From Leptonemataceae bacterium (GTDB lineage Bacteria > Spirochaetota > Leptospiria > Leptospirales > Leptonemataceae), in the NCBI GenBank assembly GCA_965227295.1, contig OZ245742.1, positions 2,432,001 to 2,496,000 on the forward strand: 64,000 bases of DNA, given 5' to 3'. The notes below the pieces were generated by a model. The model did not search any database. It was given only the letters and a program-made list of their open reading frames with translations, and was not told where the DNA came from. Positions 40,172-49,168 of the stretch are shown piece after piece. Numbering within the stretch: the stretch's first letter is position 1; the number at the start of each line of letters is the position of its first letter. Position numbers and translations under genes: made by a program.

Positions 40172-42133
40172 TTATCCGAAGCGTCTCGGTTTGTATGCGC
40201 TCGCCGCCCATTGATACATCTTAGAGAGTTCCCCGTCAGTTGTGAAATATCCAAATTCAACATCCGCATCATTTGTAAGTCCGATTTTTTCCCACCGCTT
40301 TTCAACCGCCCAACCCGGTTTTCGATATTCCCGAATTCGTGTCTCGCTGAAGTATCCTGATTGTCCTTGAGTGACCGTTCTGTATTGGTACTTAACATCT
40401 GGATTGAGCATCCAATTCCTTACCCATAGGTCTCTCTCTAGGGATACGGCAAGGGCCATCAAGTTGATCACGGGAGGGGTCTTAAGTAGTTTCGAGTCTG
40501 CAATGATTGCCTTCTCGAGCTTACCAAGGTCGCTATCAAGCTTGTTCACTTGCTCAAAATTGTTTGTGGCCTTGAGGAGTTGTTTCCACGGCTTGGTTAA
40601 ATTTCTCTGGCCGGAGATTCTCAGCGCAGTCTGGTGTTGGTGACTGGCAAAACGATGCACGAGCGTGACGGCATCAAGAATTTCGAGCAATGGTTTTTCT
40701 ATCTGATAAACTTCAATGAGGTTTTGATATACACTTGGCAATGCCCCAATCGCTTGTTCTACTTTCATTGCTTCAGGCTCATTCTTCTTGTGTGAAAAAT
40801 GATCAATAAGTTGACTACTGGTTTCACTGAGAATGGCGGCACCCGTGGGTACTACGATATCACTCAGGACAGAATTAAAAAGTTTGGCGGCAGGTGCCGT
40901 TTTCATTAGAATCTCTCTCGCTGCTACGGCAGCAGTGCTTCCAACGAATCCCCAAACGCCAGCAGAAACTACCTGTAGGATCGCAGCATAGAAAGCGTCG
41001 TTTATCTTCTGTTCCTCATAATATGCTTGGATTCCGTCTTTAAAATTCTCATAGGCTATGTGATAGGCGGTAGTATGTAACAACCAATGCGCCCTCCATC
41101 TCGTAGCGCCATTTAAGGCCAACTGATATAGATCTGTGGCGCGACCCATTATTCCAAGCATTTGATCTCGGTACATTGATAGGCCCTCGGGAGCACCTCC
41201 GGACCTTGATTCATTGAAGATCGCCGTTGATGGTTTGCGGCGTATTTTCCTTCCCACCCCACTCGCACCCTGCTGCACGGTATGCGTCAACTCATGCGCC
41301 ATCAACCGCCTGCCGTCGCTCGATCCCGGCGAGTATTCGTTAGAACCAAAGAACACATCCTTACCCACGGTAAACGCCCGAGCATTCAGCGACCGAGAAA
41401 TCTGCTGCGCTTCCGGCCCGGTATGCACACGCACGCCGCTGAAATCATAACCCATCCGCGGCTCAAAGAACGCCCGCTCCGACTCCGGCAACGGTGAACC
41501 ACCACGCGCCCGCACCGAGTTGATCGAAGACTCTACCGAAGAAGAGACCGGCCCGCTCCCATCACCACCATCCCTCTGAATTGCCCCACCGCAACTCACG
41601 CAACGAGACATCATAACGTCCTCATCTTCCCCGCCAATCTCGCGCTGCACACGCGACATCATCACATCTTCTTCTTCCCCGACCGCCTCCCGCTGCACCC
41701 TCATCATCTGCATGCTTTCTTCCTCACACGCCGCGCACTTGCGTTGGAGTCGCTTTAACTGCATCTCATCATCATCTTGCGCGCCACCCATGCGTGAGAT
41801 CTTCACCGGCGAGCGGGACATCATTACGCCCTCATCGTCTTCGCCGGAGACGCCGCCGGGAGCCGGCATGGTCATCACCTGTTCGGCCACACGATCGGCC
41901 TCGTCCTCGAGGGGATCGTTCGCGGCGCCGACTTCCATGGAGCGCTGAATCGGCAGACGACCCGCGGCAGCCATCTCGGCGACGGCGGCGTTGCCGAGGG
42001 CGCGCTGCAAACGCTGGATGTGGCCGAGATGTTCCAGCGGGGCCTGCTCCGGAGCGCGTTGCTGCGTGGCGTTCTGGCGACGGACGGTGGTGGACGTATT
42101 CGATTGCGAAGTTTGCGTGCGTTGTTCGGACAT
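40172..42133 (-). CDS. DUF4157 protein with repeat-rich N-terminus and low-GC helical C-terminal domain
   Basis: LQRALGNAAV, DPLEDEADRVA, QRKCAACEEE, FFEPRMGYDFSGVRVH...LMAHELTHTVQQ. Confidence 0.9.
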   Translation of the reverse strand: MSEQRTQTSQSNTSTTVRRQNATQQRAPEQAPLEHLGHIQRLQRALGNAAVAEMAAAGRLPIQRSMEVGAANDPLEDEADRVAEQVMTMPAPGGVSGEDDEGVMMSRSPVKISRMGGAQDDDEMQLKRLQRKCAACEEESMQMMRVQREAVGEEEDVMMSRVQREIGGEDEDVMMSRCVSCGGAIQRDGGDGSGPVSSSVESSINSVRARGGSPLPESERAFFEPRMGYDFSGVRVHTGPEAQQISRSLNARAFTVGKDVFFGSNEYSPGSSDGRRLMAHELTHTVQQGASGVGRKIRRKPSTAIFNESRSGGAPEGLSMYRDQMLGIMGRATDLYQLALNGATRWRAHWLLHTTAYHIAYENFKDGIQAYYEEQKINDAFYAAILQVVSAGVWGFVGSTAAVAAREILMKTAPAAKLFNSVLSDIVVPTGAAILSETSSQLIDHFSHKKNEPEAMKVEQAIGALPSVYQNLIEVYQIEKPLLEILDAVTLVHRFASHQHQTALRISGQRNLTKPWKQLLKATNNFEQVNKLDSDLGKLEKAIIADSKLLKTPPVINLMALAVSLERDLWVRNWMLNPDVKYQYRTVTQGQSGYFSETRIREYRKPGWAVEKRWEKIGLTNDADVEFGYFTTDGELSKMYQWAASAYKPRRFG

Positions 42134-42378
42134 ACCGTGGAATCCTCAATACTTGAAAAATCTTACGATCGAAACGGAGAACAATCGACGTTACGTCGCG
42201 CAGAACGGCCGGTCAATCGTGCGGCGCCGTGGATCGCAAAGATCGAGGAGAATCGTAAAGGATTCTGTAGATATTACAGGGGGCCTGCGTAAGTGTTTAG
42301 GACTTTGAAGTATGCCGCGTTCGCTCGCGGAGACTTCGGCCGCCAGACCCGGCCTTCGAGCGCCGGAGCGGAGCGTCC

Positions 42379-44838
42379 TTAGAGAACGTCGACGTCCGGT
42401 CGCACTTTGCGAAACGCGCGGATTTCCGCGCCGGAAAACGATCCGTGGGCGCGCACGAGATAGAGGTACGGAAGATCCACGAGAGAAAGCAGGCCCGTTA
42501 ACCCAGGGTTACTGAAGATTACCAGCTCTTCCAGGTTCGAGCAGTTCGCCAGCGCCGACACGTCTTTGGCCTGGTTTTCCTGCAGGAACAACTGTCGGAT
42601 CTCCGTCAGTTTTCCGAGCGGTGCGATGTCTTCGATTTCATTGCCGATCAACTCCAGGCGTCTTAGACCGGTGAACCTGGCCAGGGGGGAAACGTCGCCA
42701 ATGCCGTTCCGGGAGAGATCCAGTTGTCGTAGCGTCGGCAGGTCGGGAAGGCCGGAGAGGTCGGCAAGCCGGCATTCATCGAGACCGAGGTAGGCGATTA
42801 CCGGAAGATCGCCCAACGGCTCCAGGTTTTTCAGGGGATTCCGGTGCAGGTTCAATGAGCGCAGGCAGCGCAGAGTGGAAAGATCGGGCAACTCCGCGAT
42901 GCCGTTTTCCGAAACGGAGACGTAGTCCAGACGTTCCAGGCGCGTAAGCGGGGTGATGTCGCTGAGTTCTTTCTGACCGAGAGATAGATGGTTTTCTTTG
43001 CGCAATTCGAAAAAACCTTCCGCCCCGGGGATATTTCCGTCTTCGTCTTCTTCGGTGAGTTCGTCCACCTCATCCGCCAGTGCCTCGCGCCAGACTTCGG
43101 GCAGGCTCTCCCACCAGGCGCGCCAGTGTTTGACTTCGTCCCCGGTCAGCGCGACCGTAAACGGACGGCTCTCCTGCCAGAGCTGCACGCCCTCCGGGGT
43201 GACGGCTTCGTCTCGCCAGTGGGCGTCCAGGTCCTGCAATAACGGAAGCGAACGCAGTTCGAGCGCGGCGCGAATGCTCGTTTTTTCCAGGGGATTACCG
43301 AAGCAGGATATTTCTTTCAACAAACGATTGTTTTTCAGGCAATTCAGGTCCGTGAGTTCGTTGTTGTAGAGTGAAAGCTCGACGAGTGCCGGGAGATCGG
43401 ACAGGGGTTCTACCGACTGGAGCTTGTTTCCGTTCAGGCGAAGTTTGCGTAGATTTTTCAGGCCGGCCAGGGCGGAGACATCCGTCAGGCCGCAGTCGCC
43501 GAGGTCCAGTTTCTCCAGCCGAACCAGGTCTCTCAGAGGCGAAAGATCGTTGATGGGATTCCCGTCCAGCTTGAGTTCCACCAGTCGCTTTAGTTCGGCC
43601 AGAGGGCCGAGGTCTTCGAGCATGTTCCCTTCGAGGGATAACTCGCGCAGGCGCGTAAACCGGGTGAGAAACGAAACGTCCTCCACGTCCAGATGATCCA
43701 GCTTGAGTTCCGTCGCTCGAATGAGAGCGGCCAGGTCTTCCGGCTGCATTGCGTCCGGTTCTCTGTCGAAAACTTCGCCGAGTTTTTTGCGAACCTGTTC
43801 GTTGCCGATAGAAGCCCACCACGTTGTGAGATCTTTTTGCGTCGCTTCGTCCGGTACCAGGACCGGTGGTTCCAGCCAGGCGATGATTTCTTCCGCGCGT
43901 TCCCGGGCTCCGGCGCCTTCGATTTTGCGCAGTTCTTCGAGGGCTTCCGTGACACGCTTCGGTTCCTTCGCGCCGAAACGCGTGACGATGAATCCGAAGA
44001 ACTTCGTCGCCTGGACCATTTCGTCCAGATGGAGATATGCAAGGCCGCGGTACAGAAACGAATAAAACGAGGAGTAATCATCAAAGAGCATGTACATCGA
44101 GCGGGCTTTCGCTTCGGCGTACTCGGCCGCGACCTTCCACTCTTTGCGACTCAGGTAGATTGAGATTATATTCAGGGCGGCGGACTTTGTGCCTTCCTCG
44201 ACGGCCATTTCGAAGAGCGACATGGCCCGGTCTGGGTCGCCGAGATTCTTGTAACACAGCGCGAGTATGTTGCGCAGGTTCCCCGGCAGTCCCCGGTATG
44301 AGTCCAGGATGTCGGCCCGAAATGAACCGGAAGCAGCGAGGCTTTGTTCCACCAGGTCCCGGGCCTCCATGTACTTTTCTTCTTCGAAAAGTGCGAGAGC
44401 TTTCTCCCGGATCTCACTGAGTAGTTCCGCCTGTGTCTTTCCTCCGGGCGGCAACAGAGAGTTCAGAAACTCTTCGAGGGAGTCTGAGTGAGGTTCAAAA
44501 CCGCTTTCGTAGTCGAAGAACAGGACGGGAACGCGGTCCTGGCTCAGGTCGGCGGCCAGGTAGAAACTTCCATCCAATTCCAGAAGGTCGGCCAGAGGCC
44601 ACAGAGTGCTCTTCGATTCCGTGAATGATCCGGCATATTCTTGTTTATCGTCCAGGTCCTCGCGATTCGCGAACGTAATCGGACTGCGCACGTCGCTTCC
44701 GAAATAGGGGAGGTTCGTCACCTGAAAGCCCTCGTACTTTTTCCATTCACTGGAACGAAAGAACTCTCGGAGCCGTTCCGGGAATACTACGCCGGATTCT
44801 TCCTCCAGCGCGGCGGGGTCTATGGGCGTGTGGCTCAT
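42379..44838 (-). CDS. SMI1/KNR4 (SUKH)-like + TPR + leucine-rich repeat protein
   Basis: N-terminal ALEEESGVVFPERLREFF...PVLFFDYE...DSLEEFL; TPR NILALCYKNLGDPDRAMSLFEMAV; two blocks of internalin-like LxxLxLxxN repeats. Confidence 0.85.
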   Translation of the reverse strand: MSHTPIDPAALEEESGVVFPERLREFFRSSEWKKYEGFQVTNLPYFGSDVRSPITFANREDLDDKQEYAGSFTESKSTLWPLADLLELDGSFYLAADLSQDRVPVLFFDYESGFEPHSDSLEEFLNSLLPPGGKTQAELLSEIREKALALFEEEKYMEARDLVEQSLAASGSFRADILDSYRGLPGNLRNILALCYKNLGDPDRAMSLFEMAVEEGTKSAALNIISIYLSRKEWKVAAEYAEAKARSMYMLFDDYSSFYSFLYRGLAYLHLDEMVQATKFFGFIVTRFGAKEPKRVTEALEELRKIEGAGARERAEEIIAWLEPPVLVPDEATQKDLTTWWASIGNEQVRKKLGEVFDREPDAMQPEDLAALIRATELKLDHLDVEDVSFLTRFTRLRELSLEGNMLEDLGPLAELKRLVELKLDGNPINDLSPLRDLVRLEKLDLGDCGLTDVSALAGLKNLRKLRLNGNKLQSVEPLSDLPALVELSLYNNELTDLNCLKNNRLLKEISCFGNPLEKTSIRAALELRSLPLLQDLDAHWRDEAVTPEGVQLWQESRPFTVALTGDEVKHWRAWWESLPEVWREALADEVDELTEEDEDGNIPGAEGFFELRKENHLSLGQKELSDITPLTRLERLDYVSVSENGIAELPDLSTLRCLRSLNLHRNPLKNLEPLGDLPVIAYLGLDECRLADLSGLPDLPTLRQLDLSRNGIGDVSPLARFTGLRRLELIGNEIEDIAPLGKLTEIRQLFLQENQAKDVSALANCSNLEELVIFSNPGLTGLLSLVDLPYLYLVRAHGSFSGAEIRAFRKVRPDVDVL

Positions 44839-45008
44839 GGGCAGAACACCTTTTACTATAGTATGTGGGTGTACTCTGCGCGGGCGCTTTCGGAGAGCAA
44901 GGCTGAATCTCAGCAGCGGGCCCGTGGGCTCCCGTTTCCGCGAGTGTGAAAGGAAACGGAGGCCGCAAAGAGGAGAGATCGGGGGGCCGGCCACCCGCCG
45001 TTTTTCCC

Positions 45009-45035
45009 TAAAGTCCGCCGCGATAGTACCGATCA
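45009..45035 (+). promoter_or_regulatory. putative sigma28 promoter (distal)
   Basis: TAAA-N15-ACCGATCA versus consensus TAAA-N15-GCCGATAA. Confidence 0.55.
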
Positions 45036-45135
45036 TAACACCACAGAGCCGGCGAGATCACCGGCCAACGCGAATGAGATGATCTAATGAAACCACAGCA
45101 TCCACCGCCGTTGCGGTCGGAAGCCGAAAAGCAAC

Positions 45136-45179
45136 CCGGCCGGGATCCGCACTTTTTTTGTGTGGCCGGCTTTTTTTTG
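45136..45179 (+). terminator. putative intrinsic terminator
   Basis: CCGGCC...GGCCGG stem with inner GCAC/GTGT pairing, followed by a T-run. Confidence 0.5.
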
Positions 45180-45190
45180 CTCAAGTCCTG

Positions 45191-45219
45191 TTAAGTACCC
45201 TCCGCTGACCCCCGATCTT
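45191..45219 (+). promoter_or_regulatory. putative sigma28 promoter of first flaB
   Basis: TAAG-N15-CCCGATCT; near-identical to flaG upstream motif. Confidence 0.65.
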
Positions 45220-45442
45220 CTTCAGTAATAAACCAGGGCGGTTTGTGTTCGAATGGATTCGGACATAGTCGAACCTGAATACTATACAAATATAACCCGT
45301 TTCGGCGGGTGAATGACGACCTGTTCGAAAGAAGCGGGCGGTAAGTACCGCTTCCTGAAAACAGACAACGCTACATAAGTCCGTATGCGGAGATGTTAGC
45401 GCTGAGAGGATTTATCGGTCACGTATCAAGGAGGATACGCGA

Positions 45443-46288
45443 ATGATCATCAACAATAACCTGCCCGCGATCAACTCCCATCGCGTGCTGAAGTTCCAGC
45501 ATGAGGAAGTCTCCAAGAACATGGAGAAACTTTCTTCAGGCATGCGGATCAACCGTGCCGGTGACGATGCCTCCGGTCTGGCTGTATCTGAAAAGATGCG
45601 CTCGCAGATTAACGGTCTGCGCCAGGCGGAACGCAACGCCCAGGACGGCATGAGCATGATTCAAACGGCCGAGGGTTACATCGGCTCGCTGAACGACGTG
45701 CTCCAACGCATCCGCGTGCTTTCGGTGCAAGCGGCGAACGGGGTTTACACCGCCAACGATCGGCAAATGATTCAGGTGGAAGTCTCCCAACTCGTCGACG
45801 AAGTCGATCGCATCGCTTCGCAAGCGGAGTTCAACAAACAGGCTCTGCTGCTCGGCGATTTCGCCCGCGGCTCTCGGGCCGCTTCGATGTGGTTTCACAT
45901 CGGCGCGAACCAGCACCAGCGTGAACGCGTGTTCATCGGTACCATGACGTCTCAGGCTCTCAGCCTGCGCCGGGTGGACAATACCATGATCTCGCTTTCG
46001 ACGATGGCTCTGGCGAACGACACCATCGGTGTCATCGACGAAGCGCTGCACCGTGTGAACAAAGAACGCGCCAATCTCGGTGCCTACTACAACCGTCTCG
46101 AACATGCCGCTCAGGGCCTTATGACCGCGTATGAAAATACGCAGGCCTCCGAGTCTCGCATTCGCGATACGGACATGGCCGAGGAAAGCGTGGCGTTCAC
46201 GAAGAACCAGATCCTTGTTCAAAGCGGCACGGCGATGCTCGCCCAGGCGAACATTCGTCCGCAGTCGGTTCTCCAGCTCCTGCGTTAA
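45443..46288 (+). CDS. flaB: periplasmic flagellar filament core protein FlaB
   Basis: [47 protein letters not shown]; 281 aa without large variable domain. Confidence 0.97.
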   Translation: MIINNNLPAINSHRVLKFQHEEVSKNMEKLSSGMRINRAGDDASGLAVSEKMRSQINGLRQAERNAQDGMSMIQTAEGYIGSLNDVLQRIRVLSVQAANGVYTANDRQMIQVEVSQLVDEVDRIASQAEFNKQALLLGDFARGSRAASMWFHIGANQHQRERVFIGTMTSQALSLRRVDNTMISLSTMALANDTIGVIDEALHRVNKERANLGAYYNRLEHAAQGLMTAYENTQASESRIRDTDMAEESVAFTKNQILVQSGTAMLAQANIRPQSVLQLLR

Positions 46289-46581
46289 TTCGCTGAGTTT
46301 CGGAGAACGAATGTTAGCGGTGCCGGCTTTTCAAGTTAAGCCGGCGGCCGCATAGTACGGAGGTTTCTAACGAAACAAAATTGCACTGATTGAACGTGTA
46401 TCCTGCGCTTTTTGCGTTCTCTCTCCGTCCGGTGGCCGGTCGCCGGACGGGGGGAGAACGCAACGCTCGTTGCGACGAGTCGCGCGTCTCCTTTTAGAAG
46501 CTACCCGCATCGCACTCCGATGCGGGTGGTCGCGTTCGGCAGGGATGCCGGGCGTAAGAAAGAAGGCAAAAGGAGTGCAGG

Positions 46582-47427
46582 ATGATTATCAATCACAACA
46601 TGAGCGCGGTGAATGCTCACCGGGTTCTAAAGTTCAATCAGCGCGAAGTGGACAGCTCCATGGCGAAGTTGTCCTCCGGCATGCGTATCAACACAGCCGG
46701 AGACGACCCGTCAGGTCTGGCCGTTTCGGAAAAAATGCGCACGCAGGTGAACGGCCTGCGCCAGGCGGAACGTAACACCCAGGATGGTCTGTCCATGATT
46801 CAGACCACCGAGGGTTTTCTGGCGCAGACTTCGGATATCATTCAACGCATCCGCGTTTTAGCGGTACAGGCGTCGAACGGTATCTATTCGGCCGAAGACC
46901 GGCAGTTGATACAGACGGAAGTTTCGCAACTCGTCGACGAAGTCGATCGGGTGGCGTCTCAGGCCGAGTTCAACAAGTATCAACTGTTGTTGGGTCAGTT
47001 CAGCCGGAGTTCTCAGGCGGGATCCATGTGGTTTCACATGGGACCGAACGCGAATCAGCGGGAACGGGTGTACATCGGAACGATGACCTCGGCCGCGTTG
47101 AAGCTGCGTCCCGCCGCCGATCGCATTGTGAGCGTATCGTCGCCCGGACAGGCGAACGAAACGATCGGTCGTGCCGACGAGGCGTTGCAGATCATTATGA
47201 AGCAACGCGCAGATCTCGGTGGCTACGCCAATCGTATGGAGCATGCGTCTCGGGGATTAATGAACGCCTATGAGAACGTTATGGCTTCGGAGTCGCGTAT
47301 TCGGGATACCGATATGGCCGAGGAGATGGTGCATCTAACGACGCATCAGATTCTGTCGCAGACGAGCATTGCGATGCTCGCTCAGGCAGGAGTTCGTCCG
47401 CAGGGGGTTCTGCACTTATTGCGATGA
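46582..47427 (+). CDS. flaB: periplasmic flagellar filament core protein FlaB (second paralogue)
   Basis: [36 protein letters not shown]. Confidence 0.97.
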   Translation: MIINHNMSAVNAHRVLKFNQREVDSSMAKLSSGMRINTAGDDPSGLAVSEKMRTQVNGLRQAERNTQDGLSMIQTTEGFLAQTSDIIQRIRVLAVQASNGIYSAEDRQLIQTEVSQLVDEVDRVASQAEFNKYQLLLGQFSRSSQAGSMWFHMGPNANQRERVYIGTMTSAALKLRPAADRIVSVSSPGQANETIGRADEALQIIMKQRADLGGYANRMEHASRGLMNAYENVMASESRIRDTDMAEEMVHLTTHQILSQTSIAMLAQAGVRPQGVLHLLR

Positions 47428-47527
47428 GCCGCGCATACGGCTCAGTAAAATGAGTGAACGAATCCCACCGGCGATAAAAAGAAGGCTTTTGCGGAGTTCG
47501 CGAAAGACCTCAAAAATTTGAGACGAC

Positions 47528-47557
47528 ATCCCGGGGCTCCGCCCCGGGATTTTTTTT
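47528..47557 (+). terminator. intrinsic terminator after second flaB
   Basis: ATCCCGGGG-CTCCG-CCCCGGGAT followed by T7. Confidence 0.85.
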
Positions 47558-47789
47558 GCCGGCAGGATCCGTTCTAAATGATCATCGGTCGTCCGGGAAT
47601 GATTCAGCATGATTTTTTTCCCGGTACCGTTCATACCTGCTGATATATTCGTCGGCGAAACACGCGAAAGCTTTATAGTTGCGGGAAGAATTCGAAGGCG
47701 GGAGGCCAGGGTGGCGTGCCCCGGGCCTTCAAAAAGAACTTGTCCTGAAATGTGCATCCTGAGGAGCATTGAAGACTCCATCGACGCTG

Positions 47790-49160
47790 ATGTTATTCAC
47801 CACGTTTGCATTCCTGTTCTTTCTCGTCGGCACGTACCTGGTGTACTGGTATCTTCCCGCGCGTTTGCGCAAGTACTGCCTGCTTGTCGCCTCGGCCGTC
47901 TTCTATCTATATTTCAGCGTCGCGTTCTTTCTGCACTTCGCCGCCGTCGTCGTCCTGAACTACGCGGCGTTCCGTGCCGTGCGTCCCGGCCGGCGCGCGC
48001 TGCTCGCTTTGATCGTCACGCTGAACCTCGGGAACCTGGTCTTCTTCAAGTACGGCCCCGTGCTCGCGGAGATTTTCCTGGCGTCCATGGGCACGCCCGT
48101 GCAGGGGCCGGGTCTCAGTCCTGGCTGGGTGTTGCCGCTGGCCATCAGTTTCTATACGTTCCAGATCCTCGCGCTTCAGGTCGACGCCTATCGCGATCAG
48201 ATCGATCCACGCTCGGTCGGCTTCTTCGATTTCGCATTGTTCATCTTCTTTTTTCCGCAGCTCGTCGCCGGGCCCATCATGCGCTACAGCGATTTCTTTC
48301 ACCAAATCGCGAACGTCCGTTTCGACGCGGACCGTTTGCTCGGCGGATTGTATCTCATCGGCTTCGGTTTGTTTAAAAAGATTCTCATCGCCGACGCCAT
48401 CACGCGCATCATCGATCCGGTCTGGGCCGAGCCGAAGGCCTACTCCTCCGCCGCCGTACTCGTGGCCGTGGTCGGTTTTCCGATTCAAGTTTACGCCGAC
48501 TTCTCCGGTTACACGGACATTGCCCGCGGCCTGGCCCGCCTGTTCGGCTACGAGATCCCTGAAAACTTTTTCGCTCCGTTTCAGTCGAGTAGCTTCCGTG
48601 AGTTCTGGCGGCGCTGGCACGTAACCCTGTCCACCTGGTTGCGCGACTACCTCTACGTTCCGCTGGGCGGCAGCCGGCAGGGTCCGTGGCGATTGTACCT
48701 GAGTTTGATCGCCACCATGACCCTGGGCGGTCTCTGGCACGGTCACGACGTAACATATTTTTTCTGGGGGCTCTTTCACGGCATCGTCCTCGCGCTGGAG
48801 CGCCTGGTGGGCTGGAATCCGCAGACCAGGCCGGCCCGCATCGTCGGCATGTTGGGTCTGTGGGTGATCTGGACCTTTTCCATGGCAATCTTCCGTTCTC
48901 CGGATCTCGCCACATTCCAGGCTGTCGGCGAAGCCCTGCTCGCCGCGGGCGTCAGCGAAGTACCGGACGGTTATCACGGATTTCCGCGCTTGCTGTTCTA
49001 CGCGGTCGTCGTCCATCTCTTACAGTACTACCGGCAACCCGTGGGTCAATTTATGCAGGCTCGCCGTCGGATTTTGATTCCCGCGTGCAGTCTGGTGTTG
49101 TTCTACTTGTTGTGCCGCATTCCCCACGCCGGGCAAACCTTCGTTTACTTTCAGTTTTGA
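47790..49160 (+). CDS. MBOAT family O-acyltransferase (AlgI/DltB-like)
   Basis: LPLAISFYTFQ, FFPQLVAGPI, YADFSGYTD, FWRRWHVTLS, GLWHG. Confidence 0.96.
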   Translation: MLFTTFAFLFFLVGTYLVYWYLPARLRKYCLLVASAVFYLYFSVAFFLHFAAVVVLNYAAFRAVRPGRRALLALIVTLNLGNLVFFKYGPVLAEIFLASMGTPVQGPGLSPGWVLPLAISFYTFQILALQVDAYRDQIDPRSVGFFDFALFIFFFPQLVAGPIMRYSDFFHQIANVRFDADRLLGGLYLIGFGLFKKILIADAITRIIDPVWAEPKAYSSAAVLVAVVGFPIQVYADFSGYTDIARGLARLFGYEIPENFFAPFQSSSFREFWRRWHVTLSTWLRDYLYVPLGGSRQGPWRLYLSLIATMTLGGLWHGHDVTYFFWGLFHGIVLALERLVGWNPQTRPARIVGMLGLWVIWTFSMAIFRSPDLATFQAVGEALLAAGVSEVPDGYHGFPRLLFYAVVVHLLQYYRQPVGQFMQARRRILIPACSLVLFYLLCRIPHAGQTFVYFQF

Positions 49161-49168
49161 TTGCCGCT

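Noticed and set aside
32258..44838. Prophage or complete eCIS/T6SS structural locus; flagellar export of the DUF4157 proteins
   Set aside because: No sheath, tube, baseplate, VgrG/PAAR or integrase genes seen; proximity to flagellar genes is the only support for flagellar export
45315..45405. c-di-GMP-I riboswitch in flaB leader (TTCGAAAGAA hairpin)
   Set aside because: Has a GAAA-capped stem but lacks the flanking GGCAAAC and GACGCAAAG elements
48686..49168. 5' extension of the DUF1574-like ORF (similarly 42379-45036, 50330-51973, 51748-52551, 11219-11941)
   Set aside because: Extensions overlap neighbouring genes or repeats and lack RBS or homology; shorter starts were chosen
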